The translations under genes were made by a program, and so were the position numbers. The notes under the pieces were generated by a model, which saw nothing but the letters and a program-made list of their open reading frames with translations, had not been told where the DNA came from and searched no databases. A stretch of DNA of 63,950 nucleotides, filler included, from Basidiobolus ranarum (Eukaryota), in the NCBI GenBank assembly GCA_040143965.1. It is 9 parts of 9 records of this genome, joined end to end, with 100 filler letters (N's around TTAATTAATTAA, not from the genome) between each part and the next. Parts side by side here need not be neighbours in the genome. Positions count along the whole stretch, not along the records: positions 35,661 to 42,663 come from JASJQH010008069.1; positions 42,764 to 49,764 come from JASJQH010008070.1; 7 more parts are not named here. The stretch is one strand, 5' to 3'. Shown here piece after piece: positions 35,916 to 49,521 of the stretch. Each line of letters opens with the position of its first letter. Position 1 is the stretch's first letter.

Positions 35916-36543
35916 CAATGGAGCTATTAGAAGATCGTTAATGGAGTTTGAGCTTTTGAGTACAATTTTATTGGGAGAGGTTTTCCTACAATGTGTGCAT
36001 GCTGGGTAAAGGTTAACGTTTATAATTAGCAATATACAAGCTACAAATATAAGCGTTTTTTCAAGAACGTTATCAATAGGAGATAATAACGAATAGGTCT
36101 GAATATACCCACTAACTATACTGCCTCCTTCATTGGTGATCCCTCAATCCGATTCACTAAGACAAGTGCAGTAAATCATTGAAAGAACAGATGTAATCTT
36201 TAAACTCAAAAGATTTGATAATCATCTGTGGCGTCATAATCTAAACATCTTGCAATATTGAATAGCACCTATTTAACTATAAATGATGAGATAAACTATG
36301 AAAGTTATTCCAAATGAAGTTTACTCTACGACTCAACCTATCAGAATGATGTTGCGAAAACGATCGAATTTTTTTCCTATCATGAAAACGTTAGATCCAA
36401 ATCAAAATATTCCGAGAATATTGAACCCATTAGATTTCACTGTTGGGTTGCAAAAAATTGATACTCTAAACTAAAAAAAGTTTCTTACCCACTCTCCCGC
36501 TTTACACGTTATCCTACTATCAAGCTTTACTTAAAGAGCCGGC

Positions 36544-37915
36544 ATGACGTCTCGCAGTGTGGCCAGAACCTATGCTAACGTGAACCCAACATTACCTAGA
36601 GAATATTGGGATTACGACAATCTACAAGTTCACTGGGGGTAAGTACCTATTTTCCTCTTTTATTTCCTAGAAGAGACGGACAAGCTTCATGTACGTTTCA
36701 ACTTGGATAGCTAACATTTCACAGAAATCTAAGTATTCAAATTTACTCTTTAATATAGGAGTCAAGAAAGTTATGAAATTGTTCGTAAAGTTGGACGTGG
36801 AAAATACTCGGAAGTTTTCGAAGGCGTTGACATTGAAAAAAACCGCAAAGTCGTAATTAAGGTTCTAAAGCCTGTTAGAAAGAAGAAGATTAAGCGTGAA
36901 ATTAAGATTTTACAAAATCTTGCTGGAGGTATCAATGTGATTACTCTATATGATGTTGTCAGAGATCCTCAAGTAAGTAATTTTTTTCTTTGTTATATGC
37001 CTCAGAGTACTTATCCAGTTTATAATTTAGAGTAAAACTCCCTCCCTCATATTTGAGCAGATCAATAACATTGACTTCAAAATCTTGTATCCCAAGTTTA
37101 CGGATTATGATATTCGCTACTATATCTTTGAGCTACTCAAGGTATTTCTATTATGCTCACTTCACCCTGATATGGAGACTAAAGTATTATACGTCGTAGG
37201 CTTTAGATTTCTGTCATTCTAAGGGTATTATGCACCGCGATGTCAAGCCTCATAATGTTATGATCGATCACGAGAAGCGTCAGGTAAGTTGTTGAACAGG
37301 TCTATGTACTTACCAGACTGTCTTTAACATCTATGGTTTCGCAGCTTCGTCTTATTGATTGGGGACTTGCCGAATTCTATCACCCTGGTACTGAGTATAA
37401 TGTTCGTGTGGCTTCTAGATACTTTAAGGGCCCGGAACTTTTGGTGGACTTCCAAGAATACGATTACTCCTTGGATATGTGGAGTTTAGGGTGCATGTTT
37501 GCTGGTATGATTTTCCGCAAGGATCCATTTTTCCACGGTCAAGATAACTACGATCAGTTGGTGAAAATTGCCAAGGTCCTCGGTACTGATGAGTTGTTTG
37601 CTTATCTGGACAAATATGAGATTCGTTTAGATAATCAATACAACGATATCTTGGGCAGATATGCACGTAAACCTTGGAGTAAATTTGTCACTACAGAGAA
37701 TCAAAAATACATCTCCCCTGCTGCCCTTGACTTTTTGGAAAAGCTGTTGCGTTATGACCATCAAGAAAGATTGACCCCTAAAGAGGCTATGGATCATCCT
37801 TACTTTGGTAATTGGTGCATCATGTATTTGATTCCAAATTAGTAACTAACATGAATCTCTCTCAAAAACAGATCCCGTAAAAGAGAAGGAAGGTATCACC
37901 GGGACCCAAGCCTGA
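36544..37915 (+). CDS. CKA1: Casein kinase II catalytic (alpha) subunit, 6 exons
   Basis: Exons 36544-36638, 36759-36972, 37031-37141, 37200-37283, 37345-37807, 37872-37915. Motifs [58 protein letters not shown]. Confidence 0.96.
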
Positions 37916-39942
37916 TTTCAGATAAAGATGTCTAATACCACCGCACATACGAGACTCCTAGCGTAACAAACATAGGCTCAATATAGTTACTATCTTACTC
38001 TGCACTTACTATACTTCCTCTCCTTACACCGTACATCTATTTCTCTCAGAACTAATCCAGAATTCCATTATATCTACGCGAAAGTTCATAATCAATCATC
38101 TATTTGCAGTCTTAAGAAAATCATTAGAATCCAGACCAAAGTTTATATTCGGTTTTCTGAGAACCTTCTCTATGAACTTCCATTAATGTTATCAATCGTT
38201 GAAATAGCATCCCAAGATTAGAGTTTCCATTATAATGGCATTATTAAATACTAGAATCAGATAACTTTGAAATTTATCATGGAGATACAGATGTAGAATA
38301 AGCATGGATATCATCGTAATCTGTGATACTCAAAAATTACTTGATTCTTTTTCAGCAGACTAAGTTTTAGGTAGATCTGGATGCATGTAGAACCTTGCAG
38401 TTATACTGCACATTTCAAGCGAATACTAGTGTGATAATGTCTGAGTTAGGACAAAAATCTAGGTTGGGGAAGGGTGCACTGGAACCGTTGTGATACTTTG
38501 GGGAGAAACCCATTGTTAGTCATTCTGCCTACATCATAACCTTTAAAAACTATCTAGACTCAGGCTTACTCTGATGATTGTTCCGAATTAGCAGATAAAT
38601 TAAGCTGTCTTTGTTAAGTCAAATATATGACGGTATCAACATCCGGCCATTACACGTATTTCAAAACCATTTTTATCTCAGTATGTTGCAAAACATAATC
38701 ACTCAAGACCTTGTTTTGAAGTCAAAAGCAGTTATGGTTGTTGCGTGAAAAGTTTACAGTAGGGACTTCACAAAATTCATTCGTAGATAAGATCTGTAAA
38801 TGAGTACCATTAAGGCCACTTGATAGCTCACTGACTAGTTCATGCCACACTATAATGACGCCTGGATGTTCACTCTGGGCAACCGTAGGTGTATTGTTGA
38901 ATTTACGGCTCAGTATTTGAATTGCGAAAAGTCGAAAACCCACATTAGTTTGCTATTTTAAGCAGTGTTTTCGGTCAATCTCATTAAATGTTACTCGAAT
39001 GGAATTCTTGCAGGAAAGAATATTTCATTCAACAATGTTTATACGTTATTACTATACTGAGCGAAATCGCTATACAATAACTGAACACTAGACAAAATAG
39101 CAGGTGTTTGATTAACTTCTGCCGATTCCATTTTATATTCTTAAAGCAATATGTAAATACCTAATCAATAATACAAATATCACGTGTGATGGTCGGTTTC
39201 TCTTTTCAATTGAAAGAGTTGCATCATATGTTTCTAAATTATAAATATATGCAAGTATTTATATCAGCATCTAAAGTTGCACTAAAGAAATCTGGAGCTT
39301 CAAACCTAGGTACTAACGTGAATGAGTCGATCCATGCAGAGATCAATAGAAAGGCTTCGATTTGAGTGGCTTAGCTAGATGTATTTCTCAGAACCGCATA
39401 CTTTGGCTAATATATGCCTGTCTCAAACCAACCAAGTTTCATAGGTTATTGTTGTATAGTCGAGGGGAAATACAATACGGGATATAAAACTAACCTCGTA
39501 TCAGCCGAACACCACTGAGATGGCGTTAATTAGGCATCAGGTTCCTTATGCTACGAGTTCTACTAATATAGCCTTTACCGCCATCCTGTTTATATATTGT
39601 AAAAAGTGCCGAATACATTGGAAGTAATATTGACTATGTGGTTTGATCGATGAATCATGATGCTATGAGCAGGGCATGGCTGTAGAAGCTCTTTAGTGAT
39701 GGGATGATTAGTAAAAGAGATGATTAACACCTTGTACACATTCAATGGTCCAGCCTGTGTGACCATTCAACTATTGATAGAGTCCCTGGTTGGTATTAGT
39801 GATCTTACTCGTCTTTAGTACCATTTGGATTAAAAGAAAAGTAGAATCCGGTTTGAAGAAAAGTTTATATTGGTTTTTCTTATTGTAAGCTTTAAAGAGA
39901 TTATAAACATAAAATAAACTAGGAATTTGTAACGCACTCTAT

Positions 39943-40233
39943 CTAATTTGTTGCTCTTTTTACTGGAGGTAACGTTAGAGTTCCCCCAGCGATGGCATTT
40001 CTACGATAAAATACGTAGTCAGGTATTTTTCTATCTAATTCCATTTTAACACATACTTTGTCTGCTGACCCATCAGCAGAGGTAGCCTCTGTCGCAGTGA
40101 GAGCAGGGGCGTAGGTGGATGCGACTCGTGAGCTGGATGCATTGATATGGTAATGTTTCTTGAGCTTTAAACAATGACTTTCACCAATCTCTACAATATT
40201 AAGTGTTCGTTTGGGATTTACCGTAGAAGTCAT
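39943..40233 (-). CDS. Small hypothetical protein (96 aa) with RRNAI motif
   Basis: Isolated ATG-started ORF with a TA-rich box ~140 bp upstream; C-terminal YVFYRRNAIAGG. Confidence 0.6.
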   Translation of the reverse strand: MTSTVNPKRTLNIVEIGESHCLKLKKHYHINASSSRVASTYAPALTATEATSADGSADKVCVKMELDRKIPDYVFYRRNAIAGGTLTLPPVKRATN

Positions 40234-42352
40234 AAATGTTCGAGTTTAGACAAAAGTCGATGTGAAGGAATGTTTAGGTGTATTTAGGTGTCCGTTTCGT
40301 TTTGAAAGGTGCCTTTTGAACGGAAATATCAGAAACAGTTAAGAATCTACTGAACAATATACAGACACATATATATATATAGTAAGTGACAACTAAGTAT
40401 ACACTAATCTATTTGTTGTAAAGTAATATAGCGATAAAGCAGAAGGAAGGGTGAGAGAAGATCAATGGGACATTGTCGAGGGTGGAGAAGTGCTTCTTAT
40501 AATGCTGGGACTTGATGAGAACCGGGTCCTTCATAAAAAAGGTCTCTAAGCCTGTCTCACAGATAAATCGATTTGTTTGGGAGGAGAAGAACCAAGTGAA
40601 TCTTGGTGATTTTTCTCCCAACCCGACTTGAGAATAAATGATGAAACATGGTTTGTTCCCATGCTATATTCATACTAACCTGGTGCTGAGTTTCTGACGT
40701 GGCCATAAACCTATAGAGCCCAGAATTCAGCGGCATTGGAATCATATTTAGGAATACATAGTGTTTCGAATATCTGGATTTTATAAAAAGACGAGCTTCA
40801 CTGCAGTTCTAGACATGCTCGAATGTGGGCCAATGATAGAGAATGAAATACAATCAGTCGCAACAAGATGAGTACAAGCTGCATCTGACTATTTGAAGTA
40901 ATTTAAGTTTTACCTCCAGTTCGAGGTATTTTATGTGGAATTCCACACACTGTGCGATTCACCCTCAATAACAAGACTTGGAGTGATTTATATTGATTTC
41001 CACTGCAGATAATATACTACATATATACAGTGTCGCATATTTCTGATAATTGCAGTGCCGTAAATCCATTTTAAACAAATAACCAGTATAGCTGCAAAAC
41101 CTCCAGGATTCACAGCAACCCGATGTGACAGCTGAAAACAGGCGTTATTGCGTCCCATGTATTGATTCTAGTAGCTTCGTACTAAACATCACATTTAAGG
41201 ATGGAGTTACACGGGTCATCCGGATAGCTTGTGTGTCATTTTGTTTGGATATCATCGCATAATGAGAGTGCTCACTAATGCATCTGAAAGATGGAGATGA
41301 ATCAGTGATGATAATACTGTGGTTGATTTCATTCGATGGAGATCGCTCATAAATCTTTGAATTGCATGGATCCATCTCAGAGTCTACCACACCAAGTCCA
41401 TGAAGCCATTCAACCCAACACAGACATACATCGAGCCCTTCTTCGGTCAAACACAGAGCGGTAAAGTCAACTATGTAGAAAGCAAGCGATGGATAGCTGT
41501 CAACAGACTTCAGGGAATAAAAAGTCACCTACTCTCTTCAGCACAGATTGGAAGATCGATCTACTGGCCAGACGAGAATGAATGGCGTTTGGGTAAAGTA
41601 TAGGCAACTTGAGTCTTATCAATCTCTTCTTTAGAAAGGAAGCTTGTGGGGTTAAATGTAGCATATATTTCCATTAATCGTATTTGAGGCGAGAATTTAG
41701 AAGGAAGCTGGTATACCAAGAACAATTCTCTGCTAGAGAATGCCACAAGTAAAGGCTGATTACATTCTTCGATTGCACTTATCTGTAAGCTTTGACTGGA
41801 GTGAAACTATTCTCCAAGTTTGTTATTAATATACCAAGTACACTGGCAGCAACGCGAGTTCTGTAAACAGATATAATGATATCTTAATTTTACCTACAGT
41901 TGGTAGTTAATTGCTATACAATTTTTATGTCTCTGAATTCAAATACGATTTTGCAGCAATATAAGTCAGCCAAGCTTTAGCATAACATTTATTAGCTGAG
42001 CAAACTCATTTTGAGGCTCAAATATATACGTGGTTGGAGGATGCCTGTGGAAGAGGTCAGTATCATCTCGTGGGAAAAAAGTTGCATATCCCGATAGGCT
42101 TGGATGACCCGAATACTTCATCAACATCATTGGTTGATTAGAATTGCTTTCGGCAAAATAGAGTTGTCTACTCGTAATTTCATGTGTAAAATGAAGATAA
42201 CTGTAGATAAATATATACTTGTAGTCACCATCCTTGAAACCGGAATAATTCTGTCGAATCGACAGTGTCAATATGGAGTAAGAGTAAAATTAGGCATGAT
42301 TTGAACATTACATTAGGTGTCGGAAATAGATAACACTTCTTATTTAGTAGAG

Positions 42353-42663
42353 ATGTCAGAAAGAGAACGCACTTCAGGTAGTAATCTCGATAAAGGGAAA
42401 TCCAGAGCTGAAGAAGAACACGGCAATCTACTGCAGCGTATCAAAAACTCTACTACAGGGCTCGTCAACGATATAAGCAATAGTTCACACTCATTAAGTA
42501 ATTCAACGGTGAGTAAACTAAACCAGTTAACTAATAGTAAACAGACTCCGAATGGCTCAAGGACAAGATCTCCTTCCGAACACTTGTACGAACTTCATCA
42601 AAGCGGGAATCTCCGGCAACATCCACTGAGGGAGTCTGGTTTTCGAGTAGAGAATACTCGCTT
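42353..42663 (+). CDS. Hypothetical protein, N-terminal part (3'-partial)
   Basis: MSERERTSGSNLDKGKSRAEEE... is open to the contig end and has disordered-protein composition. Confidence 0.6.
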
Positions 42664-44716
42664 NNNNNNNNNNNNNNNNNNNNNNNNNNNNNNNNNNNNN
42701 NNNNNNNTTAATTAATTAANNNNNNNNNNNNNNNNNNNNNNNNNNNNNNNNNNNNNNNNNNNNATTGTGAGAAGATAGTAGAAGAAGGATTGGATGACTG
42801 AACAGCTGTTAGGATTTCATTCTACGGCTGCTTTTGTATAGATGAATCTTTAGATCAATGTAGCTTGCATTTCACAACACAGTAAGTGAATTTTTCTTCA
42901 AACATGTTTCACCCCAGATCACAAACTAACATCAACGACCCTGCATTTCTTAATCTTAAATAACAAGGTGTGAGATTCTTACTGATAGTATTACTTCCTA
43001 ATTCTAATGTAGATTAATAGCGTAATTAACTCACCCCCATCTGAGTTCTTTGCAAGCCTTACATGCGATTGTTCTAGAGAAACACATTGATGAGACACTT
43101 GGAAACGACGTAACATGATAACTCAAGTGGCGGCTAACTGATGCCAAATTGTACGAATTTCGGATACAGCTAATTTCTCGATCGCCCAACCCAGCCAATT
43201 GATTGCTCCACAGTCATTCATATAGAAAAAAGAACCATATGCCGAATCGCCCTATTTTCGAACACTTCGCCAATGAAAACATGGATCTAGACTCCACGCT
43301 GTCCGTCATCAAAGCCCCGGCAATCATCCAGCTAAGCTTGATTAGCATGCAACAATCTATCTCTTGGATTTTCTATCATTTAAACATAATAGGAATCTCA
43401 AATATCCTTGCGAACGAATTACCCGATCCCGCATCCAATCCATCTGGTCAAATCCAAAACAGAACTTGCATATTCTATCTGGCAGTATAGAGTCATCAGG
43501 CTCAGACTATTTCGTAGTAAATGGCCTTGATCACTGTCAACGCTTCCTGGGAGAAGATATTCCGTCAACTGCACTATCTCTGCTCGATTTGGCCAGGCTA
43601 TTGTTGAGTGGGAAAGAATGGCTTGTATCTTCCTCACTGTGCTGAATAGCTGTGATTTGGTGTCTCCTGTTTCAATGTTCAGCTCAAGTCTCTTGTCAGT
43701 GGCTCTAAATTTAGATTATATTGTTTAGTTCATCTTACCCTTATTTGTCTAGAATACTGATACTTCTGATGTAGGTGTTTGATGTGATGATTGATGCAAG
43801 ATGTGAGAAGTTAATCTTATGCAGAGCAATCCTAAAATAGCCTTGGTTCTACCGACTGATACGAAATGTTAACAAAGGGATTGTCTGTAGCAGTCCATAT
43901 ATTGAAGCCCTGAACAGGATATACCATATTTGGAGCCAAGAAGGTATGCCAAAAGTTTTATTCTGGATTTGGTTTCCTTTAACATACACATAAGTTTGTC
44001 TGGAGGCAGTATTGGGGAGTTGTGAGAGCGCCATTTCTAAAGGATCTAATATGCCATTCTTCTCTCTCAACGGATTAAGCCACAGATGACAGGACACCCC
44101 AAAATCTAACCCGTAACTTGTATCAAGCGTGTGGTGTTCAGATTATTCGCAATGAATCTGTCCATAAGGAAATCCACTCGAATATTAGTGGCATGTCGGA
44201 GTCTTCGGATTGAATGACCTGTTTAATAGCAAGTTGTAGGGAAACTTGTTTCTAAAACTCTGTTAAGGTCAGCCTTTGGTCAATCCCAAAGGCACAGGGA
44301 TCACAGGATCCTGGTCGAATTGTCAAATTTCCTGTTGTCTGGAAAATACTTACAATCTCACTAGTTACCAGCTCTGTTGGAGAATCAAGCAAATAAACCT
44401 AACCTGTTAACAAATTCCTGTTTGAACGAAGAGTGCAACCATGATAATTCCATTATCTATGTACCCGAAATTCGTTACAGATGAGATGAACTTTCATTAA
44501 TTTTTCAAAAACCTTTCCATTTTAGGTGCCATATCGTAATTACCACTAGTTCTTTTTGATTGGCTGAGGGGTAAATCTACTGCCAGTCAAAGTATATAAC
44601 TTCTCATATTTCCATGGTAGACCGTTCAACGGTCTTCACCTTACAACATACACCCTCGGAACCGTGTAATACTTGCGAATAAGGATTCAAGGAATTTACT
44701 CTGGTGTATTTCTCAA

Positions 44717-45592
44717 ATGGAAACATATTTTGGATATATTGAATCTGTTCAAGACGCACTTCTAGTGTTCGAGACATGCCGGCTTGGCCACCTCAGCCGG
44801 GTTCGACGTCGCCTAAGCGATAAAGAAAGGCAAAGAATTCGCTCTGGCTCGATTTACGTTTGGGAAGAAGAGGAGTCAGGCATCCGTCGCTGGACAGATG
44901 GTTATACTTGGTCTCCTTCCAGAGTTTTTGGTAGCTTTCTTACCTATCAGGAGCTCAAAAGCCGGCATAAAGCCACAGATGTGAAGATACCCTCACCTGC
45001 TCTTTCCAACAGTGATAGCGAATTAGAAGATGGTGGCCATCGATATGGCTTCAACAGCTGCGACCACCCGGTAAAAGAGAATGGATTTATTAAGCAATCG
45101 ATGTCGGTGGTCACTGCTAGTGGACGAAAGTTCCATATGATATCCTACTACAATAAGGACCATGTAGCATCTGGAATGTTAATGGTTCCCAGTTTTGATC
45201 CATTTTTTGCCCACATCAAGATCCCACAGGGTTTATATCCGGACATTGCTCCAGATCTTTTTCACACTACTGAGCTGGCCTACTCCTTTAAAGCTTGCAC
45301 GCCTACAAATAACCATTCAAATACGCCTTCTCCTATCACACTTCCAAAGAAAACTACATACCCTAGCCCTCAGAAACGAGAAGAGTTCAATTTTCTCAAC
45401 AACTCGATTACTAGTGACCATTCTCAGCATCAGTACAGGCAGGATATGAAGCTACCCCCTATTGATTTCAACCGTTCCGTCGGCAATGGGGGACCATTTC
45501 GGCTACCACTTCAAGATATTTGCTTAGATAGGATTCCATGTAGTGAAGACCTTAGACAGCTAAACACCCTATCAACAACACTCTCTTGGTAA
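44717..45592 (+). CDS. Gti1/Pac2 family (WOPR domain) transcription factor
   Basis: METYFGYI...DALLVFE.CR...RRLS..ER..IRSGSIYVW.E..SGIRRWTDG..WSPSRV.GSFL.Y.E and second subdomain GFIKQSMSV...KFHMISYY. Confidence 0.95.
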   Translation: METYFGYIESVQDALLVFETCRLGHLSRVRRRLSDKERQRIRSGSIYVWEEEESGIRRWTDGYTWSPSRVFGSFLTYQELKSRHKATDVKIPSPALSNSDSELEDGGHRYGFNSCDHPVKENGFIKQSMSVVTASGRKFHMISYYNKDHVASGMLMVPSFDPFFAHIKIPQGLYPDIAPDLFHTTELAYSFKACTPTNNHSNTPSPITLPKKTTYPSPQKREEFNFLNNSITSDHSQHQYRQDMKLPPIDFNRSVGNGGPFRLPLQDICLDRIPCSEDLRQLNTLSTTLSW

Positions 45593-47461
45593 ATTTATAG
45601 TAGCTTAACAGATGGCTCTCAGCTAGGGAATAAGTAATACAGGGAATCACATTAATATACCTCTAGATATGTATATATACGGGAAGAAACATATATCAAT
45701 TCGATATGGTCGGAGTGTGTTAACGAATAAACCATTTTACAAACATACTTCCAAGCAATTTGTAATTTCCTTAATGGCCAAGTATACCTACATTTCGTCA
45801 GTGTATTTACCAACTAGGGAGATTCTGTAGAGGCTACGAATTATGAGGTCGACGGATAAATAAACGGCAAATCCAAGCAAAACTGGCCCTCAGACCGGAC
45901 ATTACTGAAACAGATTACATTTAAGGCTCGATGTTGGGATTTCTGGATGACATATCGGGAAATTAATCTGAAGAAGCCGCGGCATTTCAATGATATGGAA
46001 GGTCCATATAAATTAAGGATATTTTGCATGGTAGCTGGAGGTCCTCGAAGATTTAAGCCCTCAAATGGTCGGGAATATTGCATAGGAGTCGATTGATTTA
46101 AGAAACCAATTGACCCGACCATCCCAGTTTGAATGAAGGGCTTATATTTGGGGATACAATCCACATGGCGGGCATGTTTCCATTTCATGTAGAACCTGGT
46201 TCATTCGACCAAGACCGCCATGTTCTTTTTTCTATAAAAAGGCTGGATTGTTTGTAGAAATCCAATTAAGCATAAATCAATAGAAGCTTATTCATCAATT
46301 CGATAGTTTCAATAATCCGGATGTGGATGTTGTGCATATGTATATGTACCCATCCCCATTTATAGACAACTCTTTACCAAAGAGGATGTATATCTATTGA
46401 TTCGTTGACGATTAGGTTGGATTCTAAAACGGGCTCGCCCAAAAAAAGAAACACATTGCCAGACGGACAGTGTTAACTGAGTGCCGTATAGTAAATTCAT
46501 ATAGTATAGACCTATCTCCTCTTTCCAGTTGGTTCGCCTATCTAATGAATCAAATGGCGTTTGCCCACATAATATTCTCCTGAATGAATACGCAGTATTT
46601 TCGCTGACTAGTAACTTGGAGGATTCAGTGCCAAGAAGGGGAGTCATGTGAATTCGCAATGGTTCCACCCAACAAAGTCTAGCTTGACCAAATCACCTCA
46701 ATAGCCTACCATAGGTTTTGAACTCTTGTGTTCCGGATAGTTCTAAAGCATGCTTTAGAGTTCCATATTCTGTTTGACCACCAAATAACTGCCTGCGTCA
46801 CACCAGAAGCACCAATATGATAAATCATGGTCTTGGTACTGCTTCAGCTGTAGGAGTCATATATATTAACAGCAGCGTTGACTCCTTTCAATCCGACTTG
46901 GCATTGTCACATTGCGAATACTGATTATCCTACAAACTCGTAGCCTAGTGATCATCAGTATTTTGACTAAAATCATCACCAAGATAGGGTGAAAGTGACA
47001 CTCATACCTCATCCCAATGATTCATAAATTCACTTTACTTGAATCTCTCTAGGACAACATATGTTGCAAAGACAGCCTTGGCATACTCCAATGATTACTT
47101 CATGGGTCAGGTACTAAGCGATGAATTTGTTCATATTTTGTTTCTATTTATAGTTTGCTAAATTTAGGTGAATTCTGGGCAAGTCTACAGCTCACGAATA
47201 TGCGGTTTATTGTATAGGCTTTCTTGTCGAAGAGCCTAATCATGTATCGGATACAAATTCCTCAATCTATGCTAAGCAAATAACCTACAGTTAAGGTTTG
47301 AGAGAACCTGTCAACTCAAGCAATATTTCTTTAGTTTTTACCTGTCTTTGGACACCAACGATATAACTAATGACTAGGTTTCTTTACAGTCACAAAAATT
47401 TCTTTTCTAACATCCTGTACTCTGAAATTTTCGTATTTTACGCGTAACCTATCAATGAAAT

Positions 47462-48328
47462 TTAACAAATGTAATATGTATTTCGAAACGTAAGTTTGGA
47501 AGATTTTGTTGCATATTTTGTCATACACTCAAAGAGCCATAAACAGCACTTTTTCTTCACAGATATATCAAGCAGTAACAAGCAAAAGTCCGGTATTTCA
47601 TCTGCTTTTACGCGCCTAGAATAATCAGAATATATGATTTCATTTGGTATTTTCATGTTTTGAAACCCAGTATTTATGTGCGTTAGAAAATAGAAATTTG
47701 CAAGTTCAGTATTCCATGATTGGCAAGGAAGCAAAAGGCTGCCGAGTTTCAACCAGTTGTCTTGTCTTTTCTTTGTTGCTGTTCTTGTGATATAGGTAAA
47801 GCATTTCTCTTATGCAATGGTTTTTCATGCTTTATCGGCAATCTTTTACTGAATTTGATGTGGTTTTGTGAGGAGTGATGTCCTCATGTACTTCAGGAGT
47901 GAATTTTCTATAATTGGGTAAATACAAAAATCAGCATCTCCATAGATCACAGCATAATAAATATTTCTGAGATCAGTTGCTACTTTATCTAAACTCTCTC
48001 GATGTACTCTAGCAATAGCTTTAGTAGCTGCTAATCAATGTAGAGCAAAGTAATCCATAGATTGAGTTTGTAGGTTTCTTGATATCATTGGAGCATTTGA
48101 ATAAGCCTTCATAGTTATATCACTATAAATATTATTTTGTTAACTGATATTGTATTTCTCCAAGCTAAGAAGAATCCCAAGAATTCCTTTATATAACTGA
48201 CTATCTCTATTAGTGCTATAGCTTATATTCCTGCTAACAATAATGGAAGGATGTAGAGTAGCAACATCCATATAAGCATTATTCTCATATATTACTGGTT
48301 CTTCTGAGCCTTTATAACTAGCTGACAT
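47462..48328 (-). pseudogene. Degenerate ~290-codon ORF of unknown function, divergent from the primase relic
   Basis: ORFs 48140-48328 and 47462-47752 are in one frame, interrupted by five TAA/TGA stops, all compatible with C>T changes. The region is CpG-poor. Confidence 0.45.
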
Positions 48329-48476
48329 GTACCTAGCCTAATAATCCTGTTTTATGTGTTTTTAATTGTGCATATATATATATATATAATAATAAATTTG
48401 ATGAGAATTATTTATTTTATCTTTTGATGACATTGTGGCATAACATTACAGACAAAAAAAAACTTGAGTAATTCTG

Positions 48477-48532
48477 ACAGAGGACTTCTTACAGAGTGAT
48501 TATTCACAGAGCAATTATTCACAGAGTTGTTC
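48477..48532. repeat. Short direct repeats (ACAGAG x4, 14-15 bp period) between the divergent ORFs
   Basis: ACAGAG at 48477, 48491, 48506 and 48521; ATTATTCACAGAG occurs twice. Confidence 0.7.
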
Positions 48533-48750
48533 AAAGTTGAGATTTTAAATAAAAGTTAATCAATTATTTATGATTGGCCAGTGGTTTTAAAATTCAATCT
48601 GTTATGGTAGGTGCAGTTATATGGGAAGTTTTCTCCAATATGCCAGACATTGCAACATTGAAGCCACATCACATGACTATGATTTGTTATATCAACAGAA
48701 ACATATGAAAGTTAATAAAATCCATCTTTCCTTTCAATCTTTCCCCTTAT

Positions 48751-49521
48751 ATGCAATCAATGACAACTAGAATAATCCAGTTATTCAATGAAGCCAATTT
48801 TGGTACTGTCCTTGATGGAATTAATCCACAGCAAGAGGCTATTCAAGTAAAAAAACAAAGGAAAGGTGTAATTGTGAAGTACGGCATGCTTAAGTATGGG
48901 GTGATATTTGACATGCCATTATTTCTTGCATTCACCCTCAAACAGACTACTTTGCTCAGAAAATGGTACATGGTTGCTACTGAAGAAGATCCAAAGCAAG
49001 GATGGCTCAATATTGAGTTTGTTGTTGGATTGGATGGAATATATAAGCATGGTGATGATCACATGGAAGGAATACAGTCACCCTTAAACCTGGTGAAGTA
49101 TTTAACCTAGGTGTATATAAGAGTTTTCAATGAACACTATTCTGAGTTCATTGAGTTTGAAATAATGGAAGGTAATTTATGCTGGGCTTGTGATCATCAC
49201 CCCTATAAGGATAATGGGTACTACAAATATTCTTGGCATGCAATTACAAACATACCAAAGGACAAGTGCATTTTTATGTTTGCAAATATTCTCAAAGAAG
49301 CACAATTCTTTAAAACCCTAATGGCAAGGCTAGTAAAATTGGCTGATGAAGGTGAAATTCAAGCTAGTATACTTCTCCAACAAAAGCAACCAGATTCATC
49401 TGTTTATAGTAAAAATTGCACCTTTCATATGTTGCACAGCTCTAAGTATTCTGGAGATGCAACCTTGTTGGAAGAAGATTTTTCTATGAATACTATATCA
49501 ACTTACATAGACCTGGACTAA
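48751..49521 (+). pseudogene. Archaeo-eukaryotic primase (PrimPol / viral primase-like) catalytic domain relic
   Basis: Two ORFs in one frame split by a single TAG (49108-49110). Motifs WYMVATEE...FVVGLDG (decayed DxD), KYSWH (SxH) and DSSVYSKNCTFHMLHSSK, compared with PrimPol DLGVYTRNRNFRLYKSSK. Confidence 0.78.

Noticed and set aside
41145-43650. Short ORFs at 41145-42304 and 43203-43645 that might be decayed exons
   Set aside because: No recognisable motif and no consistent splice model.
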